64,000 bases of DNA from Thermococcus sp. JdFR-02 (GCA_002009975.1 MTLP01000031.1:96001-160000), one strand, 5' to 3'; shown: positions 22,396 to 32,556, counted from the stretch's first letter. The notes: a model not told the origin generated them from the letters alone. Program-made: numbers and translations.

Positions 22396-22597
22396 GACAT
22401 CACCTCGATCCATAGTTCTTATTATGACTATTTAAACTTTTTGATTTTTTAACACTCTTGTTAGTATTAATGAAATTTTACCTCGTTATTCAGGTTTAGT
22501 TTAACCACCTAAAATCACAAAATGAATTGATAATTAGAAATTAGAACCAAATGCATAAAATCTAACAGAAAAGGGAACAAGAAGAAAGCTAAAAGCT

Positions 22598-23182
22598 TCA
22601 CTTACCCTTTCTACCTTTTGCCCTAATGCTTGGTCTAATCTTCTCAGCACCTTTACCCTTATTGAGCAATCCTCTACTTCTTTTTCCAGCTGATGTTAAA
22701 CCTCTAAATACTCTACCCTTATGGCCTCTTCCAGCGATCCAAGCTATCTTTGGATCAGATTTAATAACTGGGTGATGTGGATCAACTAAAATTACCTCAA
22801 ACCACTTATACATTCCATCCTCGCCAACCCAATATGAGTTTAGAACTTCCAAGTTTGGATATTTTCTTGCTGCCTTTTCCTCAGCAATCCATTGTAAGCT
22901 CTTCTTTGGTGAATATTTGACTTGACCCATCTTACTTGGCTTTCTTCCGCCTCTCCACCTTGGTCTCTTTCTTCCGCCTCTCCTAACCCTAACTCTCACA
23001 ACAACGTAACCTTGCTTTGCTTGATAACCCAAGCTTCTTGCCCTATCTAATCTGGTTGGTCTCTCAATTCTAATAATGCTTGGCTCTCTTCTCCACTTAA
23101 TCATTCTAACCTTCAACAATTCCCCAACATAGCTCTTCTTTGGGCTTTTCCAAGCTTCTCTAATGTACTTGTACATTCCCAT
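22598..23182 (-). CDS. rpl15e: 50S ribosomal protein L15e
   Basis: [36 protein letters not shown]. Confidence 0.97.
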   Translation of the reverse strand: MGMYKYIREAWKSPKKSYVGELLKVRMIKWRREPSIIRIERPTRLDRARSLGYQAKQGYVVVRVRVRRGGRKRPRWRGGRKPSKMGQVKYSPKKSLQWIAEEKAARKYPNLEVLNSYWVGEDGMYKWFEVILVDPHHPVIKSDPKIAWIAGRGHKGRVFRGLTSAGKRSRGLLNKGKGAEKIRPSIRAKGRKGK

Positions 23183-23197
23183 CTTCTTCACCTCGCT

Positions 23198-23260
23198 TTC
23201 ACTGTTTGTGGTTCTCCGCAGAGCGGAACATCCCGCGGGCTAAACCCGCTTAGTCGTGGT
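23198..23260 (-). promoter_or_regulatory. eL15-Euryarchaeota ribosomal protein leader RNA
   Basis: GC-rich hairpins GCGGG-TTTAG-CCCGC and TCCGC-TCT-GCGGA between TATA (TTTAAAAA) and rpl15e RBS; position matches described eL15 r-leader. Confidence 0.7.
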
Positions 23261-23298
23261 GAGTTTAGAGTTTAGGTTTTTAAAGGTTACGATGGATT

Positions 23299-23493
23299 CT
23301 AAGTTTGCACTTTCCTTTTGCGATCCAAGAGTAGTTCTCCATCAATCCCAACATTCTCAGGAGAATTTTCCTTTATAAGCACAGTTATATGTCTTATTCC
23401 ATAAATCTTAGATGCTACCTCTGTAAGTTCCCTAACTAACTTCCTCTTCTTTTCAATATCAATTGGTGGTCCTTCGATGATTATGGTCGGCAT
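23299..23493 (-). CDS. 4-oxalocrotonate tautomerase family protein (DmpI-like)
   Basis: N-terminal Pro (MPTIIIEG), EKKRKLV, ENVGIDG. Confidence 0.88.
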   Translation of the reverse strand: MPTIIIEGPPIDIEKKRKLVRELTEVASKIYGIRHITVLIKENSPENVGIDGELLLDRKRKVQT

Positions 23494-23582
23494 CGTATCA
23501 CCCATTAAAATTTGCGTTGAAACATCATAAAAATTTCCTATCTTCCAAAACTTTTAAATACTAAAACCTCAAAAATAACGCC

Positions 23583-23727
23583 GATGCCAATGAGGGGGGA
23601 TAGAGTTCTCAACGATTAAAGGTTACTTCTATGCTGATCCCCCTATTTGGCACTATCAACGCTTTTCCCCTTTTGAAATGCAAACTGTTTTAAGTTCCCA
23701 TTTTAACAACTTCAAGGAGGTTAGGGT
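23583..23727 (+). promoter_or_regulatory. Structured 5' leader of leuS with uORF (candidate attenuator)
   Basis: TGCCAA-TG-AGGGGG..AT pairs with ATCCCCCT-AT-TTGGCA; uORF 23584-23619 MPMRGDRVLND; TATA-like CTTTTAAATA at 23551-23560. Confidence 0.6.
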
Positions 23728-26592
23728 ATGGTAGATTGGAAAGCAATTGAAGAAAAGTGGCAAAAGAAATGGAGCGAAGAGAAAGTCTTTGAACCTCAAA
23801 TTGGTGAAAAGCCAAAATTCTATATAACGGTAGCATTTCCTTACTTATCTGGGCATTTACATGTAGGACATGCAAGAACTTATACAATCCCAGACGTAAT
23901 TGCAAGATTCAAGAGAATGCAGGGATACAACGTATTATTCCCAATGGCTTGGCACATAACAGGTTCACCAATAGTTGGAATTGCAGAAAGAATTAAGCAT
24001 AGAGATCCCCAAACAATTTTCGTTTATAGAGACGTCTATAAAGTCCCTGAGGAGATTCTATGGACATTTGAAGATCCAGTGAATATCGTGAAGTACTTCA
24101 TGAAAGCAGCAAAAGAGACTTTTAATAGAGCTGGATTTAGCGTAGATTGGAGTAGAGAATTCCACACAACATCTCTACATCCGCAGTTCAATGCTTTCAT
24201 AACTTGGCAGTTCTTAAAGCTAAAGGAGAAGGGATTAGTTGTTAAAGGAACTCACAGAGTTAGATGGGATCCTGTTGTTGGGACTCCTTTAGGAGATCAC
24301 GACTTAATTGAAGGCGAAGATGTTCAAATCTTAGAATATATCCTAATCAAGTTCATCTTAGAAGAAAATGGTAAGCGTATTTATTTACCAGCCGCAACCC
24401 TAAGACCAGAAACAGTTTATGGAGTAACTAATATGTGGCTAAATCCAGATGCTACATACGTTAAAGCAAAGGTTAATGATGAAATTTGGGTCATAAGCAG
24501 AGAAGCCGCTTATAAGTTAAGCTTTCAAGACAAGAAGATTGAAGTCTTAGAGGAATTCAAAGGAGAAAAATTAATTGGAAAATGGGTCAAAAACCCAGTA
24601 ACTGGCGATGAAATTATCATTCTACCAGCAGATTTTGTTGATCCAGATAATGCAACCGGTGTAGTTATGAGTGTTCCAGCACATGCGCCCTTTGATCATG
24701 CGGCATTAGAGGACATTAAAAAGAATACTGAGCTATTGTTAAAGTACGACATTGATCCTAGGATTGTAGAAAACATAAGCTACATTTCTTTAATTAAGTT
24801 AGAGGGATATGGAGAATTCCCAGCAGTTGAAGAGGCTCAAAAATTGGGTGTTAAGAGTCAGGAAGATAAAGAAAAGTTAGAGCAGGCAACAAAGAACATC
24901 TACAAAGCTGAGTTCCATAAGGGTGTGTTCAAGATAGAACCATACAAAGGAGTTCCTGTGAGCAAAGTAAAAGACCTGATTGCCAACGATATGAAAGAGA
25001 AAGGAATAGCTGATATGATGTATGAATTTGCTGAAAAGAACGTTATTTCGAGATTTGGAAATAGAGCGGTAATTAAAATTATTCATGACCAATGGTTCAT
25101 AGATTATGGAAACCCAGAATGGAAAGAAAAGGCGAGAGAAGCTTTAGCCAACATGAAGATTTTACCAGAGTCAAGAAGAGCTCAATTTGAAGCTATTGTC
25201 GAGTGGTTAGACAAGAAAGCTTGTGCAAGGAAAGTGGGTTTAGGAACATCACTACCTTGGGACAGGGAATGGGTTATCGAAAGCTTGAGCGATTCAACCA
25301 TTTATATGGCTTACTACACAATTTCAAGAGTTATCAACAAGCATGGAATTAAAGGGGAACAATTAATCCCAGAGTTATTTGATTACATATTCTTAGAAGA
25401 GTTCAGTGGAGCTAGGGAGGAAGAGCTAGGCAAAAAGACCGGAATTCCAAAGGAAGTTATTAGAGAGATGAAAGAAGAGTTCGAGTACTGGTATCCATTA
25501 GACTGGAGATGCTCAGCTAAGGACTTAATTCCAAATCACTTAACATTCTTCATATTCAACCACGTTGCAATATTCAAGAAGAAGCACTGGCCAAGAGGAA
25601 TTGCTGTAAACGGGTATGGAACATTAGAAGGCAAGAAAATGAGCAAGAGTAAGGGTAATGTCTTGAACTTTATTGATGCAATTAAGGAAAATGGAGCAGA
25701 TGTAGTGAGATTTTATATCATGAGCTTAGCTGAACATGACAGTGACTTCGATTGGAGAAGAGCAGAGGTTGCAAAGTTAAAGGGACAATTGGAGAGATTT
25801 TACGAACTAATAGAACAATTTGCAAGCTATGAAATCAGAGAAGGCGTTAAACTAAAAGATATTGATCGCTGGCTATTACACCGCTTAAACAAGGCAATTT
25901 ATGAAACCACAAAAGCTTTAGATGAATTTAGGACAAGAACGGCATCTCAATGGGCATTCTACAGCATTTTAAATGACCTAAAATGGTACATGAGAAGAAC
26001 TGAAGGAAGAGATGACGATGCAAAGCGCTATGTGTTAAGAAGCTTAGCAGATGTTTGGGTTAGGTTAATGGCACCGTTTACACCTCACATCTGTGAAGAA
26101 TTGTGGCAAAAATTAGGCGGAAATGGATTCGTGAGCTTAGCTAAGTGGCCCGAGCCTAAAGAAGAGTGGTGGAACGAGGAGCTGGAAATTGAGGAGGAAT
26201 ACATCAAAGACCTAATTGATGATATCAAAGAAATTCTAAGCGTTGCAAAGATTGAGAATCCAAAGAGGGCTTACATTTATACAGCTGAAGATTGGAAGTG
26301 GAAGATAGCGGAGATAGTTGCCCAAAAGAAGGACTTCAAAGCGGCAATGAGTGAAGCCATGAAAGACCCAGAGATGAGAAAGAAAGGTAAAGAAGTTGCC
26401 AACCTCGTGAATAGATTAATAAAAGAGAGGGTCTTTGAAGTGAAGCGCATTGACGAAGAAAAAGCATTGAGAGAATCAAAAGACTTCATTGAGAAAGAAA
26501 TTGGTTTAGAAATAATTATCAATCCAGAAGAGGATAAAGGTGGAAAGAAGAAGCAAGCAATGCCAATGAAACCTGCCGTGTTTATTGAGTAA
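23728..26592 (+). CDS. leuS: Leucine--tRNA ligase
   Basis: HIGH-like HVGH, KMSKS, CP1 ATLRPET, archaeal LeuRS C-terminus. Confidence 0.97.
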   Translation: MVDWKAIEEKWQKKWSEEKVFEPQIGEKPKFYITVAFPYLSGHLHVGHARTYTIPDVIARFKRMQGYNVLFPMAWHITGSPIVGIAERIKHRDPQTIFVYRDVYKVPEEILWTFEDPVNIVKYFMKAAKETFNRAGFSVDWSREFHTTSLHPQFNAFITWQFLKLKEKGLVVKGTHRVRWDPVVGTPLGDHDLIEGEDVQILEYILIKFILEENGKRIYLPAATLRPETVYGVTNMWLNPDATYVKAKVNDEIWVISREAAYKLSFQDKKIEVLEEFKGEKLIGKWVKNPVTGDEIIILPADFVDPDNATGVVMSVPAHAPFDHAALEDIKKNTELLLKYDIDPRIVENISYISLIKLEGYGEFPAVEEAQKLGVKSQEDKEKLEQATKNIYKAEFHKGVFKIEPYKGVPVSKVKDLIANDMKEKGIADMMYEFAEKNVISRFGNRAVIKIIHDQWFIDYGNPEWKEKAREALANMKILPESRRAQFEAIVEWLDKKACARKVGLGTSLPWDREWVIESLSDSTIYMAYYTISRVINKHGIKGEQLIPELFDYIFLEEFSGAREEELGKKTGIPKEVIREMKEEFEYWYPLDWRCSAKDLIPNHLTFFIFNHVAIFKKKHWPRGIAVNGYGTLEGKKMSKSKGNVLNFIDAIKENGADVVRFYIMSLAEHDSDFDWRRAEVAKLKGQLERFYELIEQFASYEIREGVKLKDIDRWLLHRLNKAIYETTKALDEFRTRTASQWAFYSILNDLKWYMRRTEGRDDDAKRYVLRSLADVWVRLMAPFTPHICEELWQKLGGNGFVSLAKWPEPKEEWWNEELEIEEEYIKDLIDDIKEILSVAKIENPKRAYIYTAEDWKWKIAEIVAQKKDFKAAMSEAMKDPEMRKKGKEVANLVNRLIKERVFEVKRIDEEKALRESKDFIEKEIGLEIIINPEEDKGGKKKQAMPMKPAVFIE

Positions 26593-26593
26593 T

Positions 26594-27094
26594 CTAAATT
26601 TTGCCTTCTTTCTTTAGTTTTAGAAGTTTTTTGCCAAGTTCAGTCAAAACTCGCTTGTTATGTTCTACCTTTATTATCCCTGCAGATGATAAATATGATA
26701 AATATGCTACTAGAGTGTTTTTAGACATGTCTGTTTTTTCTTCCATTAACTTAATAATCTCCTTTGTTGTCTTTCCATTTATTTCTTCCAGATCAAATAA
26801 GTTAATTAATTTCATAATGTTATTTAAAGTGTAACCACTCCCTTTTTTATTTTTTATGTTCTCTTCAATTTCTTGGAGAATGTCATCTAATTCAAAGTTT
26901 AAGTTTTCAATATTTTCATGACTTTGTTCTTGCTGAATTTTTATTAAGTTCATCATTTCTAGAAGTCGAATCCTATAAGGTTCTAAAAGTCTTCTAATAA
27001 GCTCCTGCACTGTTATTCCTCTAATCTTCGCTTCAAGTTCCAAATTTTCATAAAAATCCTTCGGAAGTTCAATTTTAATTTTTATGATTTCCAT
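26594..27094 (-). CDS. Putative DNA-binding protein: N-terminal ribbon-helix-helix, coiled coil, C-terminal winged helix
   Basis: IKIKIELPKDFYENLELEAKIRGITVQELIRRLL (RHH pattern); TKEI..SKNTLVAYLSYLSSAGII..LTELG (wHTH pattern). Confidence 0.65.
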   Translation of the reverse strand: MEIIKIKIELPKDFYENLELEAKIRGITVQELIRRLLEPYRIRLLEMMNLIKIQQEQSHENIENLNFELDDILQEIEENIKNKKGSGYTLNNIMKLINLFDLEEINGKTTKEIIKLMEEKTDMSKNTLVAYLSYLSSAGIIKVEHNKRVLTELGKKLLKLKKEGKI

Positions 27095-27114
27095 GAAATC
27101 ACCACCATTAATAT

Positions 27115-27990
27115 TCATAATGACATTCCTCTGAAGCGCTGTATCCTTAGCTCAAATTCATTTGTTAAGCTTTCAAAGAATTTTTGTGCCTTCTCATTTT
27201 TTCGAAGTATCCGTTCAATTGGAGATTTCCTCTTTTTTGTTGCATAAAGAGAGATTCTTCTTAAGTCCGAAATTGAGTACACTACTGTATTAAACAATAA
27301 TTCCTCATACAAAAGTTCTCTAAGTGGTGTATCTTTAAATTTTTCTTTAATTTTGTGTTCTAAATAATTCTTAACTTTTTTAAGTCCAGTAGTTACTCGT
27401 GAGTTTACATTATTCAGAACAATACCAATTAGTTTTGGTTTATCTTTTCTTTCATCAATAAGGGCATAATAGGCATAGAGAATTTTGTTTACAAAGAAAA
27501 TTGTACCATTTACGTTCAGATCACCAAGGTCAGTAGGGACAATTATGTAATTTGACACTTCAAGTCCATAACGAGCAAATATCGGATCGGGTGGGCAATC
27601 AATTATCACATAATCAAACTTATCCAAACTTCTCTCTTGTCTAAAATACTGTCTAAGAGTTTCTGGACCTAATAATCCAGCTCCAAATCTTCTCAGGAAT
27701 ACATCTGCAAAGAAGTTCACTGAAGAAGGTATTATTTTTAGATTCTCCCTAACTTTATTGTTCTCAATAAGTTCTGGTTTTGAATATGGGAACTTTCTAT
27801 TTTGAAGTAAATGATAAACATTCTTATTAGGAGTTGCCTTAAAGAATACTGATGTTAAATGGGCTTGAGGATCAAAGTCAATAAGACAGACTTTTTTATT
27901 TTGCATAGCTAATGATACACCCAAGATGGCAGATAATGTTGTTTTCCCAGTTCCTCCTTTTAAATTCACAATAGAAACAATATTTGTCAT
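27115..27990 (-). CDS. ParA/Soj family ATPase
   Basis: Deviant Walker A KGGTGKTT, IDFDPQAHLT, Walker B YVIIDCPP, GIVLN. Confidence 0.9.
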   Translation of the reverse strand: MTNIVSIVNLKGGTGKTTLSAILGVSLAMQNKKVCLIDFDPQAHLTSVFFKATPNKNVYHLLQNRKFPYSKPELIENNKVRENLKIIPSSVNFFADVFLRRFGAGLLGPETLRQYFRQERSLDKFDYVIIDCPPDPIFARYGLEVSNYIIVPTDLGDLNVNGTIFFVNKILYAYYALIDERKDKPKLIGIVLNNVNSRVTTGLKKVKNYLEHKIKEKFKDTPLRELLYEELLFNTVVYSISDLRRISLYATKKRKSPIERILRKNEKAQKFFESLTNEFELRIQRFRGMSL

Positions 27991-28302
27991 AAACCTCACC
28001 AAATATAAAATATTACGCTAAGAATTTAAAAATTTTTCACAATTTGACATAACATAAATAAGCCATTTTTTGAGCATAAGATAACAAATAACAATTATGC
28101 TATGTTTACTTAATAAAAGCAGTTAATAACTTAAAGGATTCACTCAAATACCTAATTCTCAACTTGTTAGAAAAGTATGATTGAAAAAAACTATAATGGC
28201 TTTTAAAATATAATAGGGATAAGGAATATAAAACTATTTTTCCCTTTTAGTAAAATGATAAAAGTAAAATGAAAGTCAAAAAGGAGAGAATCTTTTCATG
28301 AT

Positions 28303-29331
28303 CTAATACTCCCTTTCCACTATGAAATCGGCGAGCAGTTCAAGATTTTTCCTTGCTTCGCTCTCTGGGAGAACCTTTAAAGCATCTTTAGCATCTTTTA
28401 TCAGATCCTTTGCGATCTTTGAAGCGTATTCGATACTTCCATACTTTTTCAATAGCTCAATCGCCTTTTGAACCTCTTCTCTAATATCTTCCTTAATGAC
28501 AGCATCACCTTTAACATCGCCAGCATATTTTCCAAAGACCTTAAAGAACTCCTGTCTATCTTCCTCACTTGCATTTTCCAAAAAGTGAGCAACTATTAAA
28601 GTCCTTTTGCCTTTCCTTATGTCGCTTCCCACAGGTTTTCCAAGCTTCTCCTCATCAGCTATTAAGTCCAAAACATCATCCCAAATTTGGAACGCAATTC
28701 CAACATTTCTGCCGTATGTAGACAAAGCTTGAATATATTCCTCATTATCAGTCCCGATTATTGCTCCAATAGTAGCTGAAGCATCAAATAAAGCTCCAGT
28801 TTTTCCACTAATCATCTTCATATATTCCTCAACAGTAACATCGTTTCTCGTCTCAAAGTCAATATCCATGGCTTGACCTTCACACAGCTCATTTGAAGTT
28901 TTTGCCATAACATCTAAGATTCTCACCACTTTTTTAGCATCTATTGGGATTTTTGCTATTGATTCAAAGACCTTTGAAAACAGCAAGTCTCCAGCCAATA
29001 TAGCCAAGTTAATGCCCCAGAGGACATGAACTGTTGGTTTCCCTCTTCTTTTTTCATCCATATCCATTATATCATCATGAACGAGTGAATAGTTATGTAA
29101 AAGCTCAACTGCAACAGCTCCATAAACGGCTTTATTTGGATCTCCTCCCACCGCTTCACTCGCGCTCAAAACCACAAAGGGTCTAACCCTTTTTCCTCCA
29201 GCTAGTGGATAATGCCTTGCGGCATCGTAGAGCTTCTTTGGATCTTTTTCTGGAATAAGTTCAAATATAGCTTCATCGACAGCTTTAGCCTTTTCTTTTA
29301 TTGCTTCAAAGAGAGATTCAAACTTTTCCAT
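28303..29331 (-). CDS. Geranylgeranyl diphosphate synthase (polyprenyl synthetase)
   Basis: GGKRVRP, HDDIMD, AILAGD, GQAMD, KTGALF, FQIWDDVLD. Confidence 0.93.
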   Translation of the reverse strand: MEKFESLFEAIKEKAKAVDEAIFELIPEKDPKKLYDAARHYPLAGGKRVRPFVVLSASEAVGGDPNKAVYGAVAVELLHNYSLVHDDIMDMDEKRRGKPTVHVLWGINLAILAGDLLFSKVFESIAKIPIDAKKVVRILDVMAKTSNELCEGQAMDIDFETRNDVTVEEYMKMISGKTGALFDASATIGAIIGTDNEEYIQALSTYGRNVGIAFQIWDDVLDLIADEEKLGKPVGSDIRKGKRTLIVAHFLENASEEDRQEFFKVFGKYAGDVKGDAVIKEDIREEVQKAIELLKKYGSIEYASKIAKDLIKDAKDALKVLPESEARKNLELLADFIVEREY

Positions 29332-29335
29332 GTTA

Positions 29336-30661
29336 TCACCCCGTTATCTCAACTTTATACTCATTCCTTGATACAAACACATCTTTTCCAATCAAATACC
29401 CTTCTTCTTCAGCCATTTCAGCATAGTGAGTAAGCATCCTAAATTCTCCGTGAGCAGGAACAATATTTTCAGGATTTAAAAGCTTAATTAAATATCTATG
29501 ATCCTCTCTACTTGCATGTCCCGATACGTGTAAATCCTTAATCATTCTAACGCCTCTCATCCTAAGCTTTGTCTCTAAAGCATATCTCTGAGCAATGTTT
29601 AATGGATTTGGAATCACACCAGCTGAGAAAACAACTGTATCTTCCTTTCCAAGGTTATAAAGTTCACCATTAGCCATTCTTGTTAAAACGGCTCCAGGCT
29701 CTCCTTGATGTCCAGTAACTATCAAAAGATAATTTTCCTTAGCTTGGGCAACTTCTCTTAAGGTTTTTTGAACTGCATTTGGACTTCTAACCACTTTTGA
29801 GCCTTTCATTTTTATTAAACCCAATTGTTTAGCTATCCCCGTGTATTTTGCCAGCGAACGACCAACTAAAATAGCCTGCCTTCCCATTTTGTTTGCTATG
29901 TCTATAAGCTCTTGAAGTCTTGCAATATGGGAGGCAAAAGTAGTTGCTATCAACCCTTTCTCATCCATTCCTTCGTAGAGAAAGAAGTCTTCTAAGAGCA
30001 TTTTTGCTACAGCTTCGCTTGGAGTTTTTGTTTCTTGAGCAACCCTTGTTGATTCAGCTATTAACACCTTCACTCCCTCTTGTCCTATCTCCTTTAGCCG
30101 TTTATAGTCTGGTCTTTCACCCATTGGATTGTTGTTATCAAACTTGAAATCACAGGCATAAACTATAGCTCCTTCTGGTGTATGAACCACAACGAAAGAG
30201 GTTTGGGGTATTGAGTGAGTTATCTGCACAAATTCAATAGCCAAATTCTCACTAACTTGGACAATCTCGCCATAATTTGTCTCATACATTGGATTGGTGA
30301 CCTCAAAGTACTGCTCACTCTTAACTTCATTTTTTGTTAGCTTTATGGTGTAAGGTGTCCCATAAATTGGAACATTGGGATAATGGGGAGCTAACTTAGC
30401 TACAGCCCCAATATGATCCAAATGACCATGAGAAAATGCAATTGCGACAACTTTTTTGTTCTTAAGTGAAGTATCATCTGGAATTGCTCCAATCTTCCTA
30501 AGCTCTCTTGAACTCATCCGTTGAAAATTAACATCCTCATGAATTAAAACCCTATCAAGCCTTATTCCCATATCGATTATTACAACTTCTCCCTCATATT
30601 CTATGGCGGTCATGTTCTTTCCTACTTCCTCGTAACCGCCTATGGTGTAAATGGTAATCAT
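29336..30661 (-). CDS. rnj: Ribonuclease J (beta-CASP)
   Basis: GGYEEVGKNM, SHGHLDHIG, HSIP, DFKFD, HVSGHA, PAHGE. Confidence 0.93.
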   Translation of the reverse strand: MITIYTIGGYEEVGKNMTAIEYEGEVVIIDMGIRLDRVLIHEDVNFQRMSSRELRKIGAIPDDTSLKNKKVVAIAFSHGHLDHIGAVAKLAPHYPNVPIYGTPYTIKLTKNEVKSEQYFEVTNPMYETNYGEIVQVSENLAIEFVQITHSIPQTSFVVVHTPEGAIVYACDFKFDNNNPMGERPDYKRLKEIGQEGVKVLIAESTRVAQETKTPSEAVAKMLLEDFFLYEGMDEKGLIATTFASHIARLQELIDIANKMGRQAILVGRSLAKYTGIAKQLGLIKMKGSKVVRSPNAVQKTLREVAQAKENYLLIVTGHQGEPGAVLTRMANGELYNLGKEDTVVFSAGVIPNPLNIAQRYALETKLRMRGVRMIKDLHVSGHASREDHRYLIKLLNPENIVPAHGEFRMLTHYAEMAEEEGYLIGKDVFVSRNEYKVEITG

Positions 30662-30687
30662 TTCTGTTCCTCCTTTTGGATTTTAAT

Positions 30688-30748
30688 TGAGACGGACGTT
30701 CGTCGGTCTCACTTATTGGTAGATGGGATTGAAACCCCATCAAGCTAC
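30688..30748 (-). promoter_or_regulatory. Two-hairpin 5' leader of RNase J gene
   Basis: GATGGG-GTTTCAAT-CCCATC and TGAGAC-C-GACG-AA-CGTC-C-GTCTCA between TATA-like TTTTTAAA and RBS GGAGG. Confidence 0.55.
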
Positions 30749-30803
30749 ATTATACTTGAGTAGAGAGTTTAAAAAGATGTGCCCTAAGTAAGAAAGAAAA
30801 AAC

Positions 30804-31925
30804 TTAAGGAATAGCTCTTCTTCTCTCCCTTAAAAACTCCCACAAGTCAATTCTTTGCTCAAGCCATTCCCTTGCAAAACTCGCAATTACTAGAGGAACT
30901 TTTCTAAGCTCTTCAACGTTCCTTGCACCAACTAAGAACATAGCATTCTTAAGCTCGTCAATATATCTTTGGAGAATTTTAACTACCCCTTCAACGTCTC
31001 CTTTAGCTGCTGGCTTTAATAAAGGCAAGGCTATACCAGCTAAATTTGCTCCCAAGGCTAAAGCCTTAGCTATTTGGATCCCATCCCTCATCCCACCTGT
31101 CGCAATAATTGGTAGGTCAGTTGCATATCTAACTTCAGCAACACTTATAGCTGTAGGAATCCCCCAATCCCAGAATTTTAGAGCTAAATTTTTGCTTCTT
31201 TCGTCTTTAGCTCTATAATACTCAACACCGCTCCAAGAGGTTCCACCTAAGCCGCCAACATCTATTGCATCAATTCCAATGCTTTCAAGCTTTATAGCAA
31301 CTTCCATTGAAACTCCGGCGCCTGTTTCTTTTGCTATTATTGGATAAGGGAACTTGCTTTTAAGCTCAGCTAAAGCTTTTAGAACGCCTCTATATTGTGT
31401 ATCTCCCTCAGGCTGAACGCTTTCTTGTAAAGGATTCATGTGAATGGCTAATGCATCAGCTTGAATTGTTTCTACAGCTTTGAGGGCTTCATCAGTTCCA
31501 TAACCTAAAACAAATTGAGCCGCTCCTAAATTCCCAACTAAAAAGATATCAGGTGCTACATCCCTAACGTAATAACTCTCCCAAGTCTCAGGCTTTCTTA
31601 TCATTGCTCTCTGACTTCCAACACCCATTGCTATGTTTAACTCCTGAGCAGCTTTAGCGAGAGTTTTGTTAATTTTCCCAGCTATTTGAGAGCCTTTTGT
31701 TCCTCCCGTCATTCCAGCTATCATTATTGGATAGTCAAGCTTGTGACCGAGGAATTCAACGCTTAAGTCTATCTCATCTTTGTCAATTTCAGGTAAAGCT
31801 TGATGAACGAAGTAAATGTTTTCAAAAGCATTGCTAACATGAGCTTCAACCTGCTTAGTTAAGCAATGCTCTATATGCTCAAACTTCCTAATAACTGTGA
31901 GCTCTTCTTTGTCAAAATGCTCCAT
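30804..31925 (-). CDS. fni: Isopentenyl-diphosphate delta-isomerase, type 2
   Basis: RKFEHI, GMTGG, GVGSQR, HMNPLQE, KETGAG, GGTSW, TGGMRDG. Confidence 0.95.
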   Translation of the reverse strand: MEHFDKEELTVIRKFEHIEHCLTKQVEAHVSNAFENIYFVHQALPEIDKDEIDLSVEFLGHKLDYPIMIAGMTGGTKGSQIAGKINKTLAKAAQELNIAMGVGSQRAMIRKPETWESYYVRDVAPDIFLVGNLGAAQFVLGYGTDEALKAVETIQADALAIHMNPLQESVQPEGDTQYRGVLKALAELKSKFPYPIIAKETGAGVSMEVAIKLESIGIDAIDVGGLGGTSWSGVEYYRAKDERSKNLALKFWDWGIPTAISVAEVRYATDLPIIATGGMRDGIQIAKALALGANLAGIALPLLKPAAKGDVEGVVKILQRYIDELKNAMFLVGARNVEELRKVPLVIASFAREWLEQRIDLWEFLRERRRAIP

Positions 31926-32064
31926 AAAACCCACCTCCTTAAAGAGAAACGCTAAGATAGGTTAAGAGGTTTTTGGAAAGGAATCACCAAGATTCTATGT
32001 AGATTTTTCCTTTTACTTAAAGTAATTTTTTATGGGTGATTTTACAATTATAGTTTTGCAAACC

Positions 32065-32556
32065 CTACTGCTTTGTCTTATTTACATACACAATGGCTGG
32101 AAATATACCATGGCTTTTTATGCATGTCGTTGTTGTCTTATTTAGTAATGTTGTTGTAATACACTCTGTTGAGTTTACAATCTTACCTCCATGAGCTTCG
32201 AAGAAAGAGAGATATTTAGAAATTATCTCCTCATTTGTTGGAATAAGTTCAACCGAATGGGCAGTTATATTAAAAATCGCCAAGTAAGTAGAATTTTTGA
32301 TGTGTATTATTGCATCCTGTCGGATTATCGTGCAGTTGGGACACTTACCCATAACATAAAGAGTTACTTGCGGCTCAATTTTATAGTCATAAATGCCATT
32401 GTCATGAAGAATGCTTTCCATATTTGTGAGAAGATAAGCAAGTGGACTGATAGGTTCTTTCGATGTACTACCTTTTTGATTCTCAATAAACACCTTTACA
32501 GCTATTAATGAAAATAAAATGAAAAAGACGATAAGGTACTTTTTTGTGAGTTTCAT
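32065..32556 (-). CDS. Hypothetical membrane-anchored protein
   Basis: N-terminal TM/signal, Cys pairs; overlaps upstream gene by ATGA. Confidence 0.6.
   Translation of the reverse strand: MKLTKKYLIVFFILFSLIAVKVFIENQKGSTSKEPISPLAYLLTNMESILHDNGIYDYKIEPQVTLYVMGKCPNCTIIRQDAIIHIKNSTYLAIFNITAHSVELIPTNEEIISKYLSFFEAHGGKIVNSTECITTTLLNKTTTTCIKSHGIFPAIVYVNKTKQ

Noticed and set aside
30720-30742. ATTGAAAC, a CRISPR repeat 3' handle-like 8-mer
   Set aside because: Single copy, no repeat-spacer array or cas genes; no CRISPR array seen anywhere in the window.
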